Below are positions 36,268 to 46,473 of a stretch of 48,777 bases of DNA, in pieces. Below the pieces are notes generated by a model that was not told where the DNA came from, did no database searches, and saw only the letters and a list, made by a program, of their open reading frames with translations. Source of the DNA: an uncultured Anaerolineales bacterium. GTDB lineage: Bacteria; Chloroflexota; Anaerolineae; Anaerolineales; E44-bin32. How positions within the stretch are numbered: position 1 is the first letter of the stretch; each line of letters opens with the position of its first letter. The position numbers were made by a program, and so were the translations under genes. The stretch is taken from the NCBI GenBank assembly GCA_965363875.1, contig CBDTTY010000001.1:1-48777 (forward strand), given 5' to 3'.

Positions 36268-37266
36268 ATGTTAGAAAAACGCGCAACAGCGATCGCTTCT
36301 CCAAACATCGCCTTCATCAAGTATTGGGGCAACCGCGATCCTGCACTCCGTCTTCCTGCCAACGCTTCCCTCTCCATGACGCTCTCGAATCTCCAAACGA
36401 ATACAACCGTAATTTTCGATGACCGCCTGGAAGCCGATCAAATCGAAATCAACGGAAGCCCCGCATCAGAGAAAGCGGCCAGCCGGGTTACGGTGCATTT
36501 GGATCTCATTCGCACTCTCTCAGGGCTTCCTTCCTTCGCCAATATACGCAGTCTAAGCAACTTCCCCGCTGGTGCAGGCATCGCCTCTTCAGCCTCAGCT
36601 TTCGCTGCCCTGACTGCAGCAGCTAGCAATGCGGCCGGGCTGGATCTAGACATGAAGCAGCTATCCATCCTCGCCCGTCGCGGTTCTGGATCTGCAGCTC
36701 GCTCAATTTTCGGCGGTTTCGTACAATTATTCTCGGGAGAAACTAACGAGGACGGGTACGCTGAGCAGCTTGTTCCTGCAGAACATTGGCAATTGGTCGA
36801 TCTCGTCGCAGTTGTCAAAAAAGAACACAAATCGACAGGATCATCCGCAGGCCACCTGCTTGCGCCCACAAGTCCAATTCAAGCAATCCGCATACAGGAT
36901 GCAGCACGTCGTCTGGAAATCTGTAAGAAAGCGATTCTGCAAAAGGACTTTCAAGCACTTGCTCAAATTGTTGAGCAGGACTCAAACTTGATGCATTCCG
37001 TGATGATGACATCAGACCCGCCGCTTCTATACTTGGAACCGGAGTCGATCAGCGTCATGAAGCATGTAACCCGCTGGCGAGAGGATGGTCTAGCTGTGTG
37101 TTACACAATCGACGCCGGACCTAATGTTCATTGCATTTGCTCTTTTGAGGATTCCCATGAAGTCGAGCGTCAGCTCCGTTCTATCGATGGCATTCTAGAT
37201 ATCTACCGCTGCTCACCCGGAAATGGCGTGGCTCTGACCGCGTCCAATGAACAATCACCCCAGTGA
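36268..37266 (+). CDS. Diphosphomevalonate decarboxylase family protein (GHMP kinase fold); the true substrate could be phosphomevalonate
   Basis: 332 aa. ASPNIAFIKYWGNRD, NFPAGAGIASSASAFAAL and RRGSGSAARS are hallmark MVD blocks. Confidence 0.85.
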   Translation: MLEKRATAIASPNIAFIKYWGNRDPALRLPANASLSMTLSNLQTNTTVIFDDRLEADQIEINGSPASEKAASRVTVHLDLIRTLSGLPSFANIRSLSNFPAGAGIASSASAFAALTAAASNAAGLDLDMKQLSILARRGSGSAARSIFGGFVQLFSGETNEDGYAEQLVPAEHWQLVDLVAVVKKEHKSTGSSAGHLLAPTSPIQAIRIQDAARRLEICKKAILQKDFQALAQIVEQDSNLMHSVMMTSDPPLLYLEPESISVMKHVTRWREDGLAVCYTIDAGPNVHCICSFEDSHEVERQLRSIDGILDIYRCSPGNGVALTASNEQSPQ

Positions 37267-37272
37267 TATAAT
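37264..37272 (+). promoter_or_regulatory. Putative extended -10 (TGaTATAAT) for the site-2 protease gene
   Basis: Perfect TGATATAAT overlapping the stop codon of the decarboxylase gene, 22 nt upstream of GTG 37294. Confidence 0.45.
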
Positions 37273-37293
37273 CGCGGCAAAACAAAGGCGTAG

Positions 37294-38349
37294 GTGAATT
37301 TCGTGTCAGATTTCTTTCTGTTCATAATCGTTCTCTCGGTGCTGCTAATAGGTCACGAGTTGGGCCACTTTCTCGTTGGTAAATGGCGCGGTGTGAAAAT
37401 CGATGAGTTTGGTTTAGGTTTCCCGCCTCGACTGCTGACCTTATTCGAAGCTGGCGGGGTTAAGTACTCTTTGAACTGGATCCCGTTCGGTGGCTTTGTC
37501 CGTTTCGCGGGAGAGGATGATCCAGATATACCGAACGGTCTTTCTTCATCGAGCAAACTGACACGTACGCTCGTCCTTTCTGCTGGTCCTGTAATGAATA
37601 TTCTCTTGGGCTTCCTTGCTTTTCTCCTGGCTTTCAAATTTGCTGCGCCCGATGTCAGCCGCGTTCTCATCGCTGAAGTCCTTGAAGAGACACCTGCCTA
37701 CGCTGCCGGGATGCTTGCCGGCGACATCGTCGAATTCGTCGATGACATTCCCGTCCAGGGCATAAGCGATATGCAGGAAGCCATTCATGCAAAACTCGGC
37801 GAAACAACGCTTATTGTTGTTGATCGAGACGGACAAATTGTTGAACTAGCCATGGTCCCACGCGTAGAATTCCCTGCCGATCAAGGACCCATTGGTGTGA
37901 CATTGAGTTTCCCCACCGCTCAGATGGGGTGGCTCGAAGCCTCTAAGTGGGGTGTGGATTCGGTCATAACCCAGATCACCGCGCTGGTCAAGCTTCCGGG
38001 ACGATTATTAAGCGGTCAAGCCTCACCTGAGGAAGCACGTCTTAGCGGTTTAAAAGGCATTCATGATATGTTGTCGTGGGCAAGCACAATCGATCGGGCA
38101 TCCGACCGACCCTTCATTACATTAAACTTAATCGGGGTTATTAGTATCGGCCTGGCATTAGCCAATCTACTGCCCTTCCCTGCTCTCGATGGTGGGCGAT
38201 TAATGTTTGTCCTTTACGAGGCAATCTTTGGGCGCCGAATATCTCCTCGATTCGAGGGTATCGCCCACGCCATCGGCTTTGCCATCCTAATTTTTCTCAT
38301 GGTCTATATCAACCTACAGGATTTCATCAATCCAATTTCTCTTCCTTAG
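37294..38349 (+). CDS. rseP: RIP metalloprotease (site-2 protease, M50, RseP-like) with PDZ domain
   Basis: 351 aa. HELGHF in TM1, PDZ-like ETPAYAAGMLAGDIVEFVDD, and NLLPFPALDGG. Confidence 0.9.
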   Translation: MNFVSDFFLFIIVLSVLLIGHELGHFLVGKWRGVKIDEFGLGFPPRLLTLFEAGGVKYSLNWIPFGGFVRFAGEDDPDIPNGLSSSSKLTRTLVLSAGPVMNILLGFLAFLLAFKFAAPDVSRVLIAEVLEETPAYAAGMLAGDIVEFVDDIPVQGISDMQEAIHAKLGETTLIVVDRDGQIVELAMVPRVEFPADQGPIGVTLSFPTAQMGWLEASKWGVDSVITQITALVKLPGRLLSGQASPEEARLSGLKGIHDMLSWASTIDRASDRPFITLNLIGVISIGLALANLLPFPALDGGRLMFVLYEAIFGRRISPRFEGIAHAIGFAILIFLMVYINLQDFINPISLP

Positions 38350-38369
38350 CATCCCTACTGCGACTTCCT

Positions 38370-39329
38370 ATGGATCAAGAACTAGACGAATTATTCTCGC
38401 TTTTGATGGATGAAGATCAGCTTCTGCCCATCGATGAACTCTCTGCGCTTTCTGATTTAGACACCCGCCAGCTCGATCGGTTCTCTATTTGCTGGCAATC
38501 ACTGTCTCCTCTGCGGCGCCGCACCTTGCTGGCGACACTCGGCCAACAAGCCGATGAGCATGTTGAGCTCTTATTCGATAGCATCAATCGTCTCGGCCTC
38601 GATGACCCCGACCCGAATATTAGAAAGATCGCGATTGGCAATCTATGGGAATCGACAGACCCATCTCTCCTTACAGCTTTCCTTACAACTTTTAACGAAG
38701 ATAGCTCTATTGAAGTGCGCACTGCTGCCGCGAATGCTCTTGGACGTTTCGTCCTTTTAGCAGAAATCGAAGATGTTTCTTTAGAGGAGTCAAACCAGAT
38801 CGTGGACGATCTTCTAGAAACCATAAGGGCTGGCGCCTCTTCTGAGTTACATTGCGCCTGTGTAAAATCCCTCGGCTTCTCTTCCCGTGAAGATGTGCAA
38901 GCGATCATCTCAGATGCGCACCACTCAGGAGATGAGGACTTATTGCAGTCTGCCTTATTAGCTATGGGTAGATCAGCTAACCCAGTTTGGAGACCCGAAA
39001 TTCTCCAGGAGTTAGATCACCACTCACCGCGAATTCGCGCCGAGGCAGCTCGCGCCGCAGGTGAACTTGAGCTTCACGATGCAGCACAATCTCTTGTGGA
39101 GCTTCTCGAAGACGTCAGCGATGAAGTAACTCACGTTGCGATATGGTCTTTGGGGCAGCTTGGTGGCGACGTGGCCAGAACAGCCCTATTAACAATCCAA
39201 GCCTCAGCAGCTGATCCCGAGACTGTCAAAAAAGCTGATGAAGCACTCGAACACCTGGCTTTTCTCGAAGGCACCCCTGATCTCTTGATCTTTGATTTCG
39301 ATGACCCTGCAGAGGATGCCGTGGATTGA
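38370..39329 (+). CDS. HEAT-repeat (PBS-lyase-like) protein
   Basis: 319 aa, acidic. Repeated D-x-x-x-VR-x-A-A-x-x-ALG-like units (PNIRKIAIGNLW, IEVRTAAANALG, PRIRAEAARAAG, EVTHVAIWSLG). Confidence 0.75.
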   Translation: MDQELDELFSLLMDEDQLLPIDELSALSDLDTRQLDRFSICWQSLSPLRRRTLLATLGQQADEHVELLFDSINRLGLDDPDPNIRKIAIGNLWESTDPSLLTAFLTTFNEDSSIEVRTAAANALGRFVLLAEIEDVSLEESNQIVDDLLETIRAGASSELHCACVKSLGFSSREDVQAIISDAHHSGDEDLLQSALLAMGRSANPVWRPEILQELDHHSPRIRAEAARAAGELELHDAAQSLVELLEDVSDEVTHVAIWSLGQLGGDVARTALLTIQASAADPETVKKADEALEHLAFLEGTPDLLIFDFDDPAEDAVD

Positions 39330-40237
39330 GGGAATTCCTAAGCCTTTTCACGAGTAATATTTTCCCGATCCTCGCTGTCGCTGGGGCGGGCTTTGTCCTC
39401 CAACGGAGAACGCGCCTTGATCCCCGACCCATCTCCGCTGCAATTTTTCACATCCTCGTACCCGCCCTCGTTTTTGACCTGGTACTCAAAACAGAAATTC
39501 CCAAGAATGATATCGTAAGCATGGTTATCCTTGCATCGGGCGTGATCGTCTTTATGCTCTTGCTCAGCTGGGCGCTCTCAAAACTTCTTCGCTTACCCCA
39601 AGCGCTGGCATCCGCCTTCATACTCAGCGTAGCGTTTATCAATTCAGGAAATTATGGTCTTTCGCTTAACCACTTTGCGTTGGGCGAAGCCGGCTTGCTC
39701 TGGGCAAGTATCTATTTCATCACGAGCGCTTTGTGGACTAACTCAGTGGGTGTTTACATCGCCAGCGCTGGGAGGATGGACCCGCTTCGTGCTGTAAAGA
39801 ATCTGGCCAGGGTGCCTGCCGTATATGCCATCTTTTTATCACTCATTCTGCGCGCTCTCAATATTAGCCTTCCGCAAGCCATTTCCCGACCGATCGAACT
39901 TCTGGCATCGGCAATGATTCCCATGATGCTGCTGGTTCTGGGAATGCAGATCAGCAAAGCGGGTCCTCCAAAGCGCCTCGGTTTACTATCTATCGTGGTC
40001 GCCCTTCGATTAATTCTCTCTCCAATCGTTGCCTGGTTCATGGCAAACGCGCTTCGTATGCCCATGATCGGCATGCAAGCAGGCGTTCTCGAGTCCGCCA
40101 TGCCTACTGCGGTCCTTGCCTCTATCCTTGCGCTCCAATACGATTCAGAACCTGACTTCGTCACTGGTGCAATTCTTGTATCAACGATGCTAAGCCCAAT
40201 CACATTGACGCCGCTTCTCTATTTTCTCGGGGTGTAG
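39326..40237 (+). CDS. AEC (auxin efflux carrier) family transporter
   Basis: 303 aa with about 10 TM. Typical AEC N-terminus (IFPILAVAGAGFVL) and C-terminal half (MPTAVLASILALQYD). 4-nt overlap with the HEAT gene. Confidence 0.8.
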   Translation: MREFLSLFTSNIFPILAVAGAGFVLQRRTRLDPRPISAAIFHILVPALVFDLVLKTEIPKNDIVSMVILASGVIVFMLLLSWALSKLLRLPQALASAFILSVAFINSGNYGLSLNHFALGEAGLLWASIYFITSALWTNSVGVYIASAGRMDPLRAVKNLARVPAVYAIFLSLILRALNISLPQAISRPIELLASAMIPMMLLVLGMQISKAGPPKRLGLLSIVVALRLILSPIVAWFMANALRMPMIGMQAGVLESAMPTAVLASILALQYDSEPDFVTGAILVSTMLSPITLTPLLYFLGV

Positions 40238-40413
40238 CCATCAGACAACTGCCGCCCATCCTGCTTGTTGCTTTATTACTTCTTTCTCCGCTGGAACCTG
40301 TTTCAGCCCAGGCGGACGAGATTCACGTCGATTCACACGCCGATTATAAATATGGTTCAACCATCAACTTCAGCGCGCAAATTCAAGCTGTAAGCGAAGT
40401 AATTCGTGCGGCA

Positions 40414-41436
40414 GTGTTCATCCGCGAGGGCTCATCTGAATTTACAAACGTCGCCATTGCTGTCCTTTCAGACGGCTCTACGACCTCAGCGGAAGCAATT
40501 GAAGATGTTCAGTCGCTCGGGGTAGAGCCATTTTCCACAATCACTTACTGGTGGCAGATCGACTTCGCAGATGGCAGCAACTACGTCACAGACCCCGCAT
40601 CCTTTGTTTACGAGGATAATCGTTTCAATTGGCACTCCCTTAGCAATCCCAACATCACCGTCCATTGGATAGAAGGTGATATAACCCGTGGTCAGGATAT
40701 CCTCAACTTGGCGAATGATTCCATTTTGAAAATTCAGCGCGATCTCGCACTGCCAGCTCTGGATCATGTGTCTATTTACATCTACCCTAAAGTTAGTCAG
40801 CTTCAATCAAGTATACGCATGGGCGGTGCGACATGGGTCGGCGGGCATACCCAACCAGAATTGAGTACCATACTTTTGGCCGCGCCAACTGGCGTAGAGG
40901 GTCAAATCTCTCTGGAACGCGATCTCCCCCACGAGCTTGTTCATATCCTGCTTTACGAACGCATGGGCGACCCATATCACAACCTACCCACCTGGCTCAA
41001 CGAAGGACTGGCCACGCTCCAAGAAGGCGTGCCCAATCCTGCTTACATCTTCGAGTTGGATCGCGCCGCCCGCGAGAACGCGCTAATTTCAATGCACTCC
41101 CTGTGTGCATCCTTCCCTATTTCTGAAGAGGATGCCTTGCTGGCATACGCACAGAGCGCATCCTTCACACAATATTTGCTTGACATTTATGGTGTTGGCG
41201 GTGTGGCACTGCTTTTAGATGCTTATCAGGAAGGAACAAGCTGTGAAGGCGGTGTTCAACGGGTGTATCAACGTCCCCTCTCTCAATTAGAAAACGAGTG
41301 GAGGTGGACGTCACTCTCAAACCCCAATCTGCTCGATTTCGCCCAGCCGCTTCTACCTTGGCTTCTACTCGGTTTCTCCGTTCTCGTCGTATTCTGCGTC
41401 ATTTTTCTACTTAGCCGCCGGCAACACAAGGGATAG
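40414..41436 (+). CDS. Zincin-like (peptidase MA-like, HExxH) exported protein with C-terminal TM anchor. The start is probably upstream of the listed GTG.
   Basis: Contains HELVHIL...EGLA (HExxH plus a downstream Glu) and a C-terminal TM helix, LLPWLLLGFSVLVVFCVIFLL. The frame stays open back to 40156 and encodes a signal-peptide-like segment from about 40240 (see findings). Confidence 0.7.
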   Translation: MFIREGSSEFTNVAIAVLSDGSTTSAEAIEDVQSLGVEPFSTITYWWQIDFADGSNYVTDPASFVYEDNRFNWHSLSNPNITVHWIEGDITRGQDILNLANDSILKIQRDLALPALDHVSIYIYPKVSQLQSSIRMGGATWVGGHTQPELSTILLAAPTGVEGQISLERDLPHELVHILLYERMGDPYHNLPTWLNEGLATLQEGVPNPAYIFELDRAARENALISMHSLCASFPISEEDALLAYAQSASFTQYLLDIYGVGGVALLLDAYQEGTSCEGGVQRVYQRPLSQLENEWRWTSLSNPNLLDFAQPLLPWLLLGFSVLVVFCVIFLLSRRQHKG

Positions 41437-41443
41437 AAATACT

Positions 41444-41989
41444 ATGAACTCATTTAAAACTCTCGTATTCGATCTTGAGACAAAGCGCCTTGCAGATGAG
41501 GTCGGCGGTTGGGACCATATCGATAAGATGGGCCTCTCTGCTGGCGTAACCTATCACGTCGAAGAGGATGGCTGGTCCTTATTCAAAGAGGATGATGCTG
41601 GTGCGCTCCTTGACGAACTTGCTTCCGCATCCAAAGTCGTCGGCTTCAATCTCATCCGTTTTGACTACACAGTTCTTAAACCCTATGGGCTTTCTATCGA
41701 TCGGTCCTTGGTAGAGAAGACCGCAGACATGCTTGCAGACATCTCGCTAACACTTGGATTTCGAGTCGGCCTAGATCACCTCGCAGAGGCAACTCTGGAT
41801 GAAAGCAAGTCCGCTGACGGTCTTGCCGCGGTTGAATGGTACAAGAAAGGCGAGATTGACAAGGTTTTGGCGTATTGCAAACAGGATGTTTGGGTTACGT
41901 ACCGTCTGTGGGGGTATGGTCGCGACCACGGCCATATTTTTCGGCGTGATCGAAGTGGCAGCAAAAAGAAGATCCCGGTGTCCTGGTAA
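41444..41989 (+). CDS. RNase H-like / DEDD-type 3'-5' exonuclease domain protein
   Basis: 181 aa. LVFDLET (Exo I D-x-E), GFNLIRFD (Exo II), YCKQDVWVT (Exo III-like). Confidence 0.6.
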   Translation: MNSFKTLVFDLETKRLADEVGGWDHIDKMGLSAGVTYHVEEDGWSLFKEDDAGALLDELASASKVVGFNLIRFDYTVLKPYGLSIDRSLVEKTADMLADISLTLGFRVGLDHLAEATLDESKSADGLAAVEWYKKGEIDKVLAYCKQDVWVTYRLWGYGRDHGHIFRRDRSGSKKKIPVSW

Positions 41990-42007
41990 AAAACTGCCGG
42001 GTTCGCC

Positions 42008-43633
42008 TTAGAGCGATCTTTTACCGATCAGTTCCGCAAATTCGCTCCCGTCTGATGTTTCTGAACGCCACACAATCGCATCATGGCCTCGATCAGCAGA
42101 CAAAGTAAAAGCAAATGCTGCAGCAATTCCAGGTTGGGCACGAACCATCCGGTAGAACTCTATATATTGGCGAGCCTTCGTACTATCCGCTATGCCTTGG
42201 ATGGGGTTGCAGAACTCAGTAATAATGAGTTGCTTATCCGGGAATTTGTCTCGATATACCTCGAATGCACGCCCCTTATTGCGCTCTCTTAGAGAGGCCT
42301 GATCCGTCCAATAGCAATTCACGCCAACCCAATCAGCATTCTGGACAGCGCTCACCGCTTCATTGAGAAATTGAGCATCATCTGCTCTCCACCCTGGGAG
42401 AAGTTCACCCTGAGATAAACCAGGGAATCCGACCTTGGCCTCGGGGAAACGCGCCTTAATCATCTGGGTTACTTTTGTAAACCACTGTGAGAACTCCAAC
42501 CCATCACGCCAGGACCGCCGCCACCCTGAGTTTTGGACGTTCGGATTGCTGTGGATTTCAAAATATCTGATCCCGGATCGATACAGCCGTCCAAAATTGT
42601 TTTCAATCGATGCGAAAAATCTTTCTGTGGAGATTGCCTCGCCAGAAAAATCTCCCGTCACACGCACAACGATGAACATCGCCGGATTCAACCCTCGGAT
42701 GCGTTCGATCGTATCGAGACTTTCGTCAAGCTCCAGCTTGACAGCTTCTAACCTCGCCAATCTTATTAGGTTAAGATCTTCGTCTTGTAATGGCTCTCCC
42801 ACCCTTGCGTGTGCACCGAGAAGGCATTTTTCATGATTAAGGCGTGAGGGTTCGAACGATTTCTTCGCCGCCGGCCATATAAGAAACGGCGTTGGGTCGA
42901 TGATGTCCTTTGGGTAATTCGTCTCCCCGCGGTCGGTCGCTCCATCTCTCTTCAACGTTAAGTGCAGGTGTGAACCAGTAGATGCTCCAGTGGAGTTCGC
43001 TCTCCCAAGCAGCTCGCCGGCCTTCAATTCCTGTCCCACCTGCACCAATGGTCGCGCAAGATGCCCATATACGGTTTTGTACCCATCTTTATGTCGTACA
43101 CGAACATGTTTCCCATAAGCGTGCACCCTGGGGTCTGGGTTATTATGAACCCGATAGACGACACCGTCGGCGCAGCAATAGATGTTGGTGTTATTCAAAG
43201 CGCGGATATCTACGCCCTCATGGCCTGGCATGCCAAAACGGCTGTATATCTGTGGATTTGCCCCATATTCTTGAGTGATAAATGAGTAATCGGTGGGCCA
43301 AAGCAAGTAGAAAGATTTGCGTTTTTGCCCGTAGCGATCTTCATCGGCGATTCGCAGTGCGAATTCCTCCTGCAACCCTTCCGCGGTGTCCGTGGAAATC
43401 GGGTCAAGGCGAACTCCAGGGTGCTGCGAAAAAAACCACTCATCAAGTTGACTATATTCAGGATATCCGCCGGGAACAACGGGGAAAGTTATCACCTGGG
43501 CAGGCGCCATGTATTGCGCTGCAGTTTGAGGGTCCTGGGTCAAGTTCGGTCCATACTGCAGAACATATTCAGTACATGAGCGAACCCATGTCCAGTAATT
43601 CTCACGCGGGAGCAAAATCACTTGGTGTTCCAT
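42008..43633 (-). CDS. M23 (LytM-type) metallopeptidase fused to a TIM-barrel glycoside-hydrolase-like domain; no signal peptide
   Basis: 541 aa. M23 motifs MPGHEGVDI...VYGHL...STGSHLHLTL. The C-terminal ~270 aa carry FEIHSNPN and LIITEFCNP, reminiscent of clan GH-A beta-4 and beta-7 motifs. Confidence 0.7.
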   Translation of the reverse strand: MEHQVILLPRENYWTWVRSCTEYVLQYGPNLTQDPQTAAQYMAPAQVITFPVVPGGYPEYSQLDEWFFSQHPGVRLDPISTDTAEGLQEEFALRIADEDRYGQKRKSFYLLWPTDYSFITQEYGANPQIYSRFGMPGHEGVDIRALNNTNIYCCADGVVYRVHNNPDPRVHAYGKHVRVRHKDGYKTVYGHLARPLVQVGQELKAGELLGRANSTGASTGSHLHLTLKRDGATDRGETNYPKDIIDPTPFLIWPAAKKSFEPSRLNHEKCLLGAHARVGEPLQDEDLNLIRLARLEAVKLELDESLDTIERIRGLNPAMFIVVRVTGDFSGEAISTERFFASIENNFGRLYRSGIRYFEIHSNPNVQNSGWRRSWRDGLEFSQWFTKVTQMIKARFPEAKVGFPGLSQGELLPGWRADDAQFLNEAVSAVQNADWVGVNCYWTDQASLRERNKGRAFEVYRDKFPDKQLIITEFCNPIQGIADSTKARQYIEFYRMVRAQPGIAAAFAFTLSADRGHDAIVWRSETSDGSEFAELIGKRSL

Positions 43634-43635
43634 GC

Positions 43636-44340
43636 TCAGTTATTAAACCCCATGCCTTTTGATTTCATCGAAACGTAGCGGTTTTTTCCGATTACGAGAT
43701 GATCAAGCACCTCAATATCGAGAAGCTTCCCGGCACCCACAATTGCCCGAGTTACAGCAACATCTTCAGGACTGGGCGTTGGGTCGCCGCTCGGATGATT
43801 ATGCGCAACAATTATGGCAGCAGCATTGCGCCGCACTGCTTCCCGAAAGACCTCACCTACTCTAATAACAGAACTGTTAAGCGATCCACGGTATACATCT
43901 TCAACCTTAATGACTTGATTTCGTGTATCTAATAGCAGTACTCGTAAGTGCTCCTGCTCTAATGCACCCATTTCATAGAGAACTAGATTTGCAGCATCCT
44001 GCGGTGACTGGATTCGCGGTTTGTCCTCTTGGTTCACTGTAGCAAATCTACGTCCTAACTCAACCGCTGCTTGTATTTGAGTGGCCTTTGCGAACCCGAT
44101 TCCCCGTTTACTCTCAAGTTCAGGAAGCGAGATGCGATGTAATCCGGCAAGGCCTCCGACCTCCATCAATAGTGTCTGCGCTAACTGAACAGCGTTCATC
44201 CCTTTGATACCCGTCCTAAGCATAATGGCCAGTAACTCTGCATTGGATAGAGCCCCGGGACCTAAAGCGGCGAGCCGTTCACGTGGGCGATCGCCAGAGT
44301 CAAGATCCATAATCCGGTAGCCCAACTGTTTATCCCCCAT
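43636..44340 (-). CDS. radC: RadC-family JAB/MPN domain protein
   Basis: GDRPRERL...[14 protein letters not shown] (HhH region) and the JAMM motif [16 protein letters not shown]. The start is set at ATG 44340 (MGDKQ...), because the ORF-track extension to 44511 overlaps the divergent gene and its promoter. Confidence 0.88.
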   Translation of the reverse strand: MGDKQLGYRIMDLDSGDRPRERLAALGPGALSNAELLAIMLRTGIKGMNAVQLAQTLLMEVGGLAGLHRISLPELESKRGIGFAKATQIQAAVELGRRFATVNQEDKPRIQSPQDAANLVLYEMGALEQEHLRVLLLDTRNQVIKVEDVYRGSLNSSVIRVGEVFREAVRRNAAAIIVAHNHPSGDPTPSPEDVAVTRAIVGAGKLLDIEVLDHLVIGKNRYVSMKSKGMGFNN

Positions 44341-44454
44341 ATCACACCCCCATTCAGTGCAAATTGCGTGCCGAAGCCGATGACAGCGACTATACTTCAG
44401 TGGAATCTCGCTGTCAAAGTGGCCCAGAATTTGCATCGCCATGAGTAAACTGCA

Positions 44455-44463
44455 TGCTATAAT
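44455..44463 (+). promoter_or_regulatory. Putative extended -10 (TGcTATAAT) for the zinc-ribbon membrane protein gene
   Basis: Perfect TGCTATAAT, followed by the AGGAG Shine-Dalgarno (44474-44478) and ATG 44484. Confidence 0.45.
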
Positions 44464-44483
44464 GCCGCTCGTCAGGAGTGCCC

Positions 44484-44975
44484 ATGCTGGATATTTTCGG
44501 AATCGCTTCATTAGGAAAATTCTTTACATATATCACGGCCTTTTTCGGTGCCTTCTTGGCTGCTTTATGGCTGAGTCTGATTTTTTGGACGCTCAGGGAT
44601 ATCCGCTCCAGGTCCCACGATAAACTCGTACACATTCTCACGGTTATCCTGGTGGCCATCTTGAATCTCCCTGGACTTATCATCTACCTCATAATCCGCC
44701 CATCCCTGACGCTTGCTGAGGAGTACCAGCTTTCGCTAGAAGAAGAGGCGCTCCTTTCGCAAGTTGAGGAGCGTTTGTTATGTCCAGGATGTGGAAGTCA
44801 TACGGAAAAGAATTGGCAAGTTTGCGCTCATTGCCACACTCGACTCCGAAAAGTATGCCGTCAGTGTGGCCAGCTTCTACAGCTCCCCTGGCAGATTTGT
44901 CCTCACTGCACAACACCTGTACCAGGGTCGTCCACCGAAGCTCAATCAGGGGATATACCACCAATTACAGGCTAG
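44484..44975 (+). CDS. Membrane protein with PLD-nuclease-N-like TM domain and double zinc ribbon
   Basis: Two N-terminal TM helices with WTLRDIRSR between them. The C-terminus carries CPGC...CAHC...CRQC...CPHC, four CxxC pairs. A GTG at 44478 is an alternative start. Confidence 0.7.
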   Translation: MLDIFGIASLGKFFTYITAFFGAFLAALWLSLIFWTLRDIRSRSHDKLVHILTVILVAILNLPGLIIYLIIRPSLTLAEEYQLSLEEEALLSQVEERLLCPGCGSHTEKNWQVCAHCHTRLRKVCRQCGQLLQLPWQICPHCTTPVPGSSTEAQSGDIPPITG

Positions 44976-45003
44976 CACTCGAACCTGTACATCTCGTAAA
45001 TAA

Positions 45004-45036
45004 AAGAAACTGGCGAATAGAACTCGCCAGTTTCTT
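45004..45036. terminator. Bidirectional intrinsic terminator between convergent genes
   Basis: Perfect 12-bp stem AAGAAACTGGCG / CGCCAGTTTCTT with a 9-nt loop. T-rich tracts flank it on both strands. Confidence 0.8.
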
Positions 45037-45065
45037 CTTAATTAACTGTCCGCTGTAAAGTAACG

Positions 45066-46400
<1,335 letters not shown>

Positions 46401-46458
46401 TTATAAACCGTATCCATCTATTCGAGATCACTTCTTGATCTACTTACCAAAACCCTCG

Positions 46459-46467
46459 TGATAGAAT
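46459..46467 (+). promoter_or_regulatory. Putative extended -10 (TGaTAGAAT) 6 nt upstream of the mnmA ATG
   Basis: TGATAGAAT at 46459-46467, ATG at 46474, no Shine-Dalgarno. Confidence 0.4.
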
Positions 46468-46473
46468 CCAACA

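Noticed and set aside
44341-44511. 57-aa N-terminal extension of radC in the ORF track
   Set aside because: The extension overlaps the divergent zinc-ribbon gene and its TGcTATAAT promoter. RadC homology (…RPRERL…) begins right after ATG 44340.
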